Shown here piece by piece: positions 13,201 through 23,623 of a stretch of 64,000 nucleotides of DNA (positions are counted from its first letter, which is position 1; the number at the start of each line of letters is the position of its first letter). The position numbers and the translations under genes are program-made. The notes below the pieces were generated by a model. It was given only the letters and a program-made list of their open reading frames with translations, had not been told where the DNA came from and searched no databases. Source of the DNA: Botryllus schlosseri (taxonomy: Eukaryota); NCBI GenBank assembly GCA_051294905.1, contig CM119372.1:20400001-20464000 (forward strand). Reading direction: 5' to 3'.

Positions 13201-16200
13201 TTTAGGCCTCTTATCACTGACCCATCATTTTTGTTGATACGTTTGTTTGCCGATTCCAGAGGCTATAGATTAGGAAACCCTCTCATAAAGCGTTAATCTC
13301 AAATAATTATATAGCGTCATATCTGTTATTTTCATTAGACGACCCGCAGGAGTACAAGAAGCGGATCCTACTCGATTCCAGTCAATCCAAACTAACTCTG
13401 GGACAGATCTACGAGAAGGAATACATGGAAAAGATGCAGAAGACTGGCAAGAAGGACGCAGACGAGAAGGAGACAGAGGATCACGTCGCTATTCGGCGAG
13501 AGATGGACGATCTCTTCCGAAAGTTGGATGCGTTATCAAACTTTCATTTCATCGCGCCTCCGCCGGAACCCGAGGTGAGATGTGTTCAGGTTTACTGCTC
13601 AGATGCTATCAGTAACAAAGTACTACTCTTTTGAAGTACGGTAAGTAGGTTTTGCCCACTTGAACAACATATTCGAGTGGTTATGTTTCAGACCATTGCT
13701 CTTCAACCTTTTCTTGGAGTGGTGCACCCTGGTGGTGTGCAAAGTTGTAGAGCTCTGTCTCATGCACATGCACCCCTGTCAGGTTCAGCTACATAAACTG
13801 CGTGTGTCACCTAAAAAGAAGGTCATCATGTCTGAAATTGTAATATATTGCTTAATACAACTAAAAAAAACTTTGCATGGCTTTCATCTGGCTGCCAAAT
13901 ATCGGTCCATTCCCAGAGGCTAATTACTGAAATTAGGTCGACAAAATCACGAGTTTCACCCGCCGGATATGAGGCCCTGATTTTAAGTACAATGTTTCTC
14001 ATGCACCCTTTTGTGCTGGTGCACCTCATGCAGATTCCGATGCACCCTGAGGTGCCCTGTCCACACCGGTTGAATATTACTGTTCTAGTCTAGTTCCACT
14101 TCTACATGATAGTTATTTTATCAAACCAACTTACTCTCTTATAGCAACAAGCGAAATTTATTCCACTTGAAGCTTTTCGACTGACTCTCATCAAATATCA
14201 GATATATACAATATATCATGCATTTAAATAGACTCGTGAAGAAGGTACAGAACTCCAATATACATTTGAATAATATATTCATATTGAATGAAACCCGATT
14301 ATTTTTGGCTGTCGTTCACCACTCGTTCTGCACCAATAGCTATTCAATTGCATATATCAAATATCATAAATGTTATGAATTTACCTCAATTAGATATTAT
14401 AATGAAATATTTAATTTAAAAAATAAAATCTCGCTCAAATTAGCACTAAAAATAGTGATGCAAATTATCCCAAACTACGCTCTACTTTTTAAATCCAAAG
14501 TATGTAATTAAGTAGTTCAAGTAGGCAAACATACTTAGGTACTCAGAAAAAGTTGAAATGCTTCCTTATGTACCATTGCACAACTTTGCACCTATGTTTG
14601 CATTCAAAACTGGGACCCTGTCAACAGATCAAGCTTATCACAAACGATCCCACGATCGAACGGGAAGAAGTTCAGCCTTCGCTCAACGCCGAATCTGACG
14701 TGCTGGCTCCTGAGGAAGTATTCTCGAAGAAAATGTCTGAGGAAAAGTCCTCTGTGGAGAAAACGTCGACTGACAAAAAACGCGAACGCCGGAAAAAGAA
14801 GTTACGGGTGAAGGTGAAGTTTCGTTTCGTCTATTCCTCATGAGATGCTGGTTTTCACGAGACCTTGATCTGTATTTCGAGTTCTTTCTGGTAGCTATGG
14901 TCACGCAACAGTCTCGTATGTTTCAGGCGCAATCAAAAGCAAAGTTGGAGCGTATGAAGAAGGTCAACCCCGAAAGCAAAAGGGTCAAACAAATCGAAGC
15001 TATCGATCAATTGAAGAAAGCTTCCAAGTTGCCGGGAAGTGGCACCAGAGTGCTGCAGGTATCCGTCACTACATCACAATAGATCCGTGAATTCAAGTCA
15101 TTGTCAAAATATTTTCGCTCAAACAAAATCTTCATCCTGGTTACGCCTATGAACACACAACCTACCCCCAACATAACCACTAATCCAGTTGTTCTCAACC
15201 AGTGTGGGTGTGCTGCGAGAAACTGGCAAACAAGGTCGACAACAAAAATTAGGGTTGAATCAAAATTCTGAGTGTGGCGTGATCAGTGGTTCTATTAGTA
15301 TCACTACTATTATTACTCAAGACACACAATATACAGTGCGATGCAATGAACAGATAGGAAGATGTCGAAACGACCAAGTGCGATCTCTCAATCTGATATC
15401 CTCAGTCTTAACCTTTCTTTTTTATGCTTACTCTCTTTTATCATTCTCTTCCTTGGATCAGTCCCTAATTAGTTATTTCTCTGGACTTTGGAGGATCTCA
15501 GATATACCTCTGACCCTTCGGAAGTTGCTACTGCCAAGAATCAAACGGGGGGCTCCAATTGTGATGGTACAGTAACTCGCCCACACATTGTAGCATTTGG
15601 GAAGTGATAACAAAACAATAGGTCAATTGGCAATTGAACCTTGATGTTGAGGTTTGGCTGAAGGTGTTGATCTTTTTTCTAGTCACCCCAGTCCTAATCG
15701 GGGGATGAACAGTGATATGGCGCAAGTTCATGACCTTTTTCTTTCTGTTTCTTCTTTTAGTCATCGTCTTGCCAAATTGACATCTGTGGTCATTTTACAC
15801 CACACCGATATTGCTTATTATGATTCCTGAGATGAACTTATAGCACGGCCCCCTTTTGCTCCAGACTTTTTGTAAGACACCGCTTATGCGGATCGGATGA
15901 AGAGGACGAGCCTAGGTAGACCCTCCAACACTTAGGATGGGATTCCGGAGTCGACCTGGGTCAGACTCAAACCTGCACCCCTTGAACTTAACCCAATAGC
16001 AGTTTACCGTGAAGAAGTATTTACAATTGAATAGTATATTCGAGATTCATATTGAAATATACCCAAATATTTTCGGCTGACACTCGTCAGGGGAAATTGT
16101 CAGCAACTAGTAGAGAATTGGAAAGAACATTGTATATCAACAATCGTATCTCGAAATAAGAGAGCGTTCAATGTACTATTTTAAGATGATACACGAACTC

Positions 16201-16569
16201 CTTTTGTTGACAAAGTATTTTGATAAAGGTCGACTCCATGGCACACATGAAAGTGTAAGCGGCCCCTCCCGATGATGCGAAATCTATCGTCTCGATAATT
16301 TTTCGCGCACGCGGAGAAATATTTGTTAGCATTGCCAATATATATTCAGTTATTCACCCATGATGTATGTGCAACGGAAAATAATTTGGTTGCATAAGCC
16401 AAGCACTCTGATCGCCTACTGAAGAAGACTCTTGCCACCTCGGTGTTTAATATGTGTTCTCTTACAGGGCGGAAAACAGTCGAAAGAGAAGATGACGTCA
16501 CAGAAATTTTTCTCAAAACTTCAGGAGAATAAAACAGCTGCGCCCGTGAAGAAGAAACGGCCCGTTTGA
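10284..16569 (+). CDS. MPHOSPH10: U3 snoRNP protein MPP10
   Basis: Exons 10284-10680, 11635-12141, 12632-12814, 13339-13574, 14628-14813, 14927-15058, 16468-16569 (1743 nt, 580 aa). Motifs GFDQEQIWGQLEL, VDDDFFSL, WQMRGEV..RPENSLL, LFRKLDALSNFHF, LAPEEV and FFSKLQ. Confidence 0.93.
13694..14082. mobile_element. Degenerate hAT MITE in an MPP10 intron
   Basis: Ends cattgctcttcaacc and ggttgaatattactg; internal TGCACC repeats; TSD degraded. Confidence 0.5.
16062..16104 (-). ncRNA. Hammerhead ribozyme motif (single-arm copy, last MPP10 intron)
   Basis: Minus strand reads GCUGACA-auuu-CCC-CUGACGA-G-UGUCAGC-C-GAAA-AUAU-UU-GGG: core intact, 7-bp pseudoknot possible, AUU cleavage triplet. Confidence 0.65.
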
Positions 16570-16687
16570 TTTTTAGTTGATTACTTTCAATCAAGCAGTA
16601 TGCTTTCGTGCGCAATAATATCACTACGTGTTTGTTGGTCGGTGAAACTACGGTTGTCGTGTGTGAAACTACGGTTTATGCTGTTGA

Positions 16688-16975
16688 CAGAGATGAGCAT
16701 GGATTAGGATTAGGATTTGAAAAAACAGGATTTGTGACATTTTGTCGGATTTGGATTATAGATTGTTTTCTGAACGGATTTGGATTGGATTCACCCATTT
16801 TCTGGGAGATCGATATGTCCTGTGGTGAATGGCGGCAACTTTATTCAGATCAGTTATTAATGTACTTATGGTTACTAAGATATCTTGAATCAAGGGAATC
16901 GTTGGTTGTGAAAGAAAATTTTCCAATTCCTCCCTTGCATAAATTAGCATTTTTTCTTAATTTCGAGTTAGGATG
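16688..16975 (+). mobile_element. Truncated copy of MITE family A (CAGAGATGAGC ends)
   Basis: Matches the 5' two-thirds of the copies at 50058, 59777 and 63033. Confidence 0.8.
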
Positions 16976-17269
16976 TTGATATTTCTTCGTCGGTCTTTTT
17001 AGACGCTATTTCTTGCTCCTTTCTTTCTTCATCGAGTCACGGGGGACGAGGATCGCTGGCGCTCACCACTACACGCTATCTCCCCCCGTCATTTGTTTCA
17101 TTCAAGTTTGATTTCAAAGATTAATCCAAGTCGTTTCGACATCTTCCTTTTTTTTCATTGTGTCGAAGTCTTGTGGTGTATTGAAATGATGAAATTGTTA
17201 ATAATAAATTGATTGATCAATTGACTGATTGAGCCATTGTGAAGGCTGAACAACTGAACTATATAAACA

Positions 17270-17750
17270 ACAAATGAACCAAATGAATGAATGAATTGAC
17301 GGGCCTCGAGTGCCTCCAGTGTGTGCTTCGAAATCTTTCTTCTCGATATCGACCCATCGGCGTCTTGCCATATTTCGCGGTTTCTTTCGCAGGTTAGCCT
17401 TGAGAATATTCTAAATGGGTTGCCAGATCTTCCACTAGTTGATGATGACAGAGTTAGATTTGTTGCGCAACGCTTAAGATGGTATAAAAGCATAGATATA
17501 TAGAACTTACTAATTATACACCCTTCCCTACACACCGCTAGGCTCAACAATAGCTCACTCATCCTGTTATTCTTGAAGTAATAAACCGACCCTATGTTCC
17601 TAACCTCCATTGTCGCGGTAATAAGATCGTATTTTCGATTATGACCTTTATCGGTATCATAAGTAGCTGATGCCCTAATCACCCATAATTCGATAGAGAT
17701 CCACCTGTACAAGCTCTCTTCACTATCCGCGTATCTGATGTTTCACGACG
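17270..17750 (-). mobile_element. Possible highly decayed RTE-like non-LTR retrotransposon relic
   Basis: Minus-strand fragments NIRYADS (YADD-like) and KKPRNMARRRWVDIEKKDF (RTE C-terminus-like), ending in a (TTCA)n-like tail; frames are broken. Confidence 0.3.
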
Positions 17751-18111
17751 CGTTAAAGTAGATCCTATTGTTGGCAACACCCTCATTTGTTTTGAGTTTG
17801 GCGCTTGTTATAAAATATTTTGCAGAAAATATCAATTGCAGCAGCGGAATCGTAACTTACTTGCTGGCTGCTGCAATGCCAAGGCCGTGTAATAATTAGT
17901 TCGACATAAACCGTCAGGAAGCAATAATACCTGATATGCTAATATTACAATGACGTTACAATACTGTAAATTTTAAATACAATAATGTTAGACAACATGT
18001 ATAATTAGTCACCATTATGTTATTGTGGTATTGATGATTTATAGATATATATATATATATTGTGACAGTCGAGACATAAAGTTGTTGGTATTCTGATGCT
18101 ATAGTTATAAA

Positions 18112-20103
18112 ATGGGTAAATGGCAACGTCAATGTGCCAGATTCAAGAAGGAATGGATGGAAGACCCAGACCTGGAGAGCTGGTTGAGACCAGTTGAAGG
18201 CGAAGAAGCGCAGGCGTTCTGTTTGGTTTGCAAGAAAAATATCCGATGCAACTTGAAAGATTTGAGAGCCCACGGAAAGACAAAGACTCACAAGAAAAAG
18301 GCAAACCCAAGTTTGTATGTTATTGTGAAGAATGATTCAAAAGAGCCGCCAAAACCGATGGATAGTAAAACGGCGGCGTTGAAAATCGCAGCTCATATTG
18401 CATGTCATTCCTCTGTGTTGACAGTCGATCACTTGGGCGCTCTCATTAGAGATATAACCCAAAAACGATTTTCCATGCACAGAACCAAATGCACCATGCT
18501 GATAAGGAAGGTATTGGGCCCTGAAATGCATTACGAATTCCTGGAGGACTTGAAACAATCCCAATACTCTTTGATAGTTGATGAAAGCACCGATCCATCG
18601 TACGAAAAACAGTTGCGAATAGCGATTAGATATTACAGCCTGCAACATAGGCGGATAATCACGTCTTTCTTGGGTTTGATGCCAATCGAGGGGTGCCATC
18701 CGGACTTTTCTGTATTGAACTTTTTGAAACAAAATAAGTTGAACATAGGCGACTGCTGCAGTATCGCCACTGACTGCACGGATGAGCCGTGCGAAAAAAC
18801 GGAGATTATTTCCAAGTTTTTAGAATACAATCAGAACATAATACACATCAAGTGTATGTGTAACTCCTTGCAGCATTGCATGGTGAAAGCATTTCAGTTT
18901 TTGCCGAAGAATATTGAGTTTATGATTTCGGAAACGTACAACTGGTTTCTACGATCCCCATCAAACCAATCGAAATACAAACATATGTACGAATGTATCA
19001 ATTTCGGCGACCATGCCATGAAGGTGATGATGTCGCCCGATTCGAAATGGCTCGTGGCAACCCCATGTTTAAACAAAGTTTTGGAACATTACGACGAGTT
19101 GAAGTTGTACTTCCAGCTCGTGCAGGCGCAGGAAAATAGCTACACCGCCGAGATATTGTTTCACATGTACGACGACTCGCTGAATAAGCTTTATTTCTCA
19201 TTCCTGCAACCTCTACTCAACGAGTTTTCAAGGGTTTACAAGCAAACTGAGAACGATTCAGGTGCTACACACAGGCTTGCAAAAGAATTCCTCGGCCTCT
19301 ACAAGCGTTGTCTTCAAATGATCATAAAGCCCGACGTAATATCTTCGCAGAAGGTGTTGTTGGAAATTAATCTGCAAGATTCCGATGTTCAATTGCCAAT
19401 GAACAGTGTGGATTTCGGAGCCAAATTTTCGATGGTTCTAAACGAGCTGAGCGTGGTGCATCCTACTCTTATAGACGAGGCCAAACGGTCGTGTTGGGAA
19501 TTTATTTTCGGGCTGTCTTCCCAGCTGCGTTTGATGCTGCCTCAGAGCATTCAAGTGTTGGAAAGTCTTTCGAATCTGTTGCCAAGCGTAGTGTTAGGAC
19601 CGAAAAAACCGAGACTCGCCAGCTTGCCGTTTCTTGCCTTGTACGGCGGGGATCTAATGATGCTGAATTCGCAATGGAGACGACTCGAAAACGTACGTTG
19701 GATCAAGACATCCGACACTACCGCGGAATGTTTCTGGTTCGAAGTGGCGAATCACACCGACAGCAATGGGCAGCGCGATTTCAAGGAGTTGGGAACGTTC
19801 ATGATAGCTCTCTTGACCATGCCGCTTACTAACTTTGGCGTGGACAAAATTTTCCAAAGCATGAATCTGGTTAAAAGCAAGCCCCGCAATCGAATGGGGC
19901 AGCAGCTGCTGGAAAATATCCTGCGTGTGAGAGCTTACATGAAAAGAAATAAGATTTGCTGCGACGAATTCATGCCCACGGAGAAGATGATGGCTGCGTT
20001 CCGAGCGGACATTTATAAATCTGATGCGCCCGAGGAATTAGAAATTGAAGTAATTACTAATCCAGACCCTGAAAATATGATAGTCAAGGCTGAAATTTGT
20101 TGA
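18112..20103 (+). CDS. hAT-transposase-derived protein with N-terminal BED/TTF-type zinc finger, probably domesticated
   Basis: Intact 663-aa ORF. W..W..CLVC..H....H finger; YSLIVDESTD (D157); IATD (D221); C-terminal dimerisation region LTMPLTNFGVDKIFQSMNLVKSKPRNRM. No terminal inverted repeats (TIRs) or TSD seen around it. Confidence 0.85.
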   Translation: MGKWQRQCARFKKEWMEDPDLESWLRPVEGEEAQAFCLVCKKNIRCNLKDLRAHGKTKTHKKKANPSLYVIVKNDSKEPPKPMDSKTAALKIAAHIACHSSVLTVDHLGALIRDITQKRFSMHRTKCTMLIRKVLGPEMHYEFLEDLKQSQYSLIVDESTDPSYEKQLRIAIRYYSLQHRRIITSFLGLMPIEGCHPDFSVLNFLKQNKLNIGDCCSIATDCTDEPCEKTEIISKFLEYNQNIIHIKCMCNSLQHCMVKAFQFLPKNIEFMISETYNWFLRSPSNQSKYKHMYECINFGDHAMKVMMSPDSKWLVATPCLNKVLEHYDELKLYFQLVQAQENSYTAEILFHMYDDSLNKLYFSFLQPLLNEFSRVYKQTENDSGATHRLAKEFLGLYKRCLQMIIKPDVISSQKVLLEINLQDSDVQLPMNSVDFGAKFSMVLNELSVVHPTLIDEAKRSCWEFIFGLSSQLRLMLPQSIQVLESLSNLLPSVVLGPKKPRLASLPFLALYGGDLMMLNSQWRRLENVRWIKTSDTTAECFWFEVANHTDSNGQRDFKELGTFMIALLTMPLTNFGVDKIFQSMNLVKSKPRNRMGQQLLENILRVRAYMKRNKICCDEFMPTEKMMAAFRADIYKSDAPEELEIEVITNPDPENMIVKAEIC

Positions 20104-21637
20104 GTCTTTCTGTATTATTTATGATGGATGAAAAATTGACAGCAATCGTTGCTGACCGTATTCGAGAGTATACCGACTGTGTTATAGAATGTTGGGTTGG
20201 AAGTCTGATTTTCATTGAGTATTGAAAACAGTGGGATTTCTCCAACATTATTTATGGCAACAAACCAGCTTGTAAACGTCTCTTTCCCTACACAGAAAAA
20301 CACTGGCTTCTCTTAAAACCTCTAATTGTGTTAGTAACATGATACTGATGTTGTCCATGGCCTTGTCAACTTAGGCGGATAACAATTCATTCAGTTAGGA
20401 TATGTGTCGGTATACTTGTCAATTAGGCTCGTAGTGATACCTGTTGTTGGGTTGCTCTATGCCAGGGGTCAGGGGTGGGCTATTATTTTTCCCGGCGGGT
20501 CAAATGTGAAGCAGATAATACGTTGTCGGTCCGAGACCAAAGTTTAGATTACGTCCTGCGGCGTGCAGTTTTATTTCTAAATTGAAGACAGTGAATTACA
20601 TTGTTAATACATGTTGCTAAGTGGAAGGGTTAACATTAGGTTACGTCCCTAGCTCTGTGTGACTTGGTAAAATATCTTCAATGTTTTGCTAGCTTCGCTA
20701 GCAGGTCCGCGTCAGCTGAGTGTATGTATTTGTGGCATGATTTCTCTCATAATGCCGACTCAAATTATATTCCTTAAGCACTGAGACGTGCTCAGTACTC
20801 GACATAAACTAAAAAGACCGGTTTACGGCTGACTTCAGTGAAATCTTTAGTGCTCAAAATCTCGTTGAAATGTCGACCTTCAGTCGCATCTTTCATTGCT
20901 TGACATGACATCATTTGTGAGTGAGGATGACCGCTAATCGCGAGCACTGATTGCATTATTTTACGAATTAGGATTTGGAAACGTATCACGTAACAGTTCA
21001 AAGCACAGACAGGGCAGCAAACAAAATTTGAATATGGAAACAGTGACTTGTAACTTTAATTGTTATGGCATAATTTGCTATGGGCTTTATTTTGAACCTG
21101 GATTACTCTCACGACATGCATAGGTTATGTAATCACGGTACCGGTACATAAATAAACTAGACTTCAAAGTAAAGGCATTTCAGGATCAGTTTATACAGTA
21201 GTTTTTGTCCACACATTAAAATTTAATAAATAGACTTTATATTCCTAGTTCCAAGGACCTTTTCACGGGCCGTACAATGCCTAGGTCTGCTCAATGCTAT
21301 ACTGCTCTCATCAAATCACCTTTCTCTGCCCATGTTGTATCACTAATAGAAGCATTGCTTTAGTCTTTATGATTGTAGCGTAGCGGCGAAACATGATCAC
21401 TAATAAAATAATTATAGGAAATTCTACCGAAGTCATTCTTATATGTGCTTATGCTTTGCATGTATTTCCTTCCAGTGGTCAATTGTGTTAATGAAGCTAT
21501 TTTGAATTCTACCCGGATTTTTACTTGGCGTACGATTACGATGTACTATATGTGTCCACTCGTGGGTTTACTCTGTTAATATGACCTTGACCTCGTTTAG
21601 TGTTCTTAGTCAAATTGGGGATACCGCTGTGTCACGA

Positions 21638-23248
21638 ATGATGCCTAAAGAAAGATCAGTTTTTGTTGAAGCGGGGAAGTGGCATTCAAAAGAGAAACTT
21701 CTTGTCAAGGTAATAGTCACACTGAATCATGTCCCTTTTCTTCAGTCACACTACATACGAGTAGGCTAATTGTGATTCGACGAGGTTACCCATTCTTTCA
21801 TTTGAAATAGACTGGCAGATATATAAAGAAGTATTTGTGGGACTGGATAGATTCATGCCAGCAGAAACTCATTCACAGGTGGTCAGTAACAATTGACTTC
21901 TACTTTCCGAAATACTGGTACTCAAAATAGTTTTGTCCGTACTACTTACTTTTTCTTCTATGGAAATCGTAACGTAGTTTTAGAATAGCTTTCACAAATT
22001 ATCAGTAAAATTTTCTAGACTAATAGCACCTATGCCCGCAACACAGACATTGCACCCATTTGCAGTGTCGTTAAGCATCTTGCACTGCTCTCAAAGCTTA
22101 ATCTAGTAAATTTTCAAGTTTAGCCATTTGAATAAATGCTAATAGCATGCAGCCACTTGAGTAGTTCTGCCGTGAATTGTAAATTGCTATATGTTTTTAA
22201 TTGAGTTTAAGTTAATGACATTACTTCTATTTGGAAACTAAAGTTGAGTACTTTGACGATCTCTGCTCGTATTGCAACTACCAATCGAAACTTCACAGTT
22301 TCACTTATTTTGTGTGACATTAATGTTGAAGGCATAAAGTTTGACACGCTCATTCAGTCGTTCACCCACACCAATTTTTTGTTACATATCTCTAAACTGC
22401 ACGCATGTCATGTTCAACAGTATCCAAGAACGCCACAGACCAAGTTACGGGGCGATAGGAACACTAGAGATACAAGGCAACGCTCGATCACTAACTTTTA
22501 CCGGAGGGAACTTCCTCAAAAACCGGATAAGTCAAGCAATGAGAATACGATTGACATCGGCCCTCTACAAAAATCCATAAAATCTTGTTCGCTGCCTACT
22601 GTAGTGAAAGAACGGACAACAGACGTAAATCCGGTATTACACGATCTCGGCAATCGCACCGTTTCACGAGGTGCACCTATAAAAGCTAGTTCACCGACTA
22701 CTGTGTCATGTACAAGGAAAATGCGGCAAACCACCATGGATACGGTGTTTGCACCCAAATCTGATCGATCGAGAGACACCCACCATTCGAATGAATCACT
22801 GGTGACAGGGCATGCAGCACGCTGCATTGAGTCAAATGCCAATAATGGCGAACCCGACATTGTCACTATCGATTCGGTCAAACCCCTCTATATAAACGAA
22901 TTGGCGTCGAAGAGGACATTGATGACCGCTACTGAGTACACGGGCAATGGTCCTATATGCTCAATGGCGCTTGATCAATGCCTTAGTTTAGATGGGACCT
23001 TTGCACCGACAGTCACATCCACCCAAATCCCATACGTACTATCGAATGACAGCATAGACTTTGATGATGGTACAGATAAACCGGAATCGACGTCTATTGC
23101 TAGCGGTGATCTCAACTTGGATACCAGCGGACATCCTTTAACCCCGGACTACAACCTATCCATGCGATTCACCCAAGACTCTCAAGGCAACCGAATATTT
23201 AGCAGACTGACACAGAAGACTGACGCAATTACGAGTCATGAGATGTAA
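21638..23248 (+). CDS. AUNIP/AIBp-like protein (tentative); main exon 22421-23248, small 5' exons near 21638-21709 and 21811-21886
   Basis: Low-complexity S/T-rich ORF with QRSITNFY (22478-22501) and C-terminal FTQDSQGNRIF (23168-23200), resembling the two motifs I recall from vertebrate AUNIP. The 5' splice path is uncertain. Confidence 0.5.
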
Positions 23249-23623
23249 TAAATGTACAATATCAACAGCTAGGCAGCTACGCAATACGATATGTGACTAC
23301 AAGTACGAGGTAAATAAATACTGATGCGTCAACAGTTTGTTACTGATTTCAACAATTTAAGTAACTAATATGATTCATCACTACATATATGTCAGTAAGT
23401 TAAGTATAACCGCAACACGTAGATGTGCATAACTAGGTAAATAGAAATGGATAAAATGGCAAGAAGTTTTAAGAGCACTTTTGTTATAGCTAACACGGCT
23501 TGGCTAACAAGGAAAGTCAATCTACGTGCATATGCAACACTCGTGCGTGGAGCTTCATTGACCACTAACTACCAGCCTTGATAAATGGAAGAGAACAATT
23601 TGTAAAGATATCAAAAAATCTCG

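Noticed and set aside
17155..17712. 185-aa minus-strand ORF
   Set aside because: No coherent protein motif in this frame; better explained as decayed repeat sequence.
22244..22420. 5' part of the 334-aa ORF
   Set aside because: Non-ATG start and intron-like composition ending in an acceptor at 22420.
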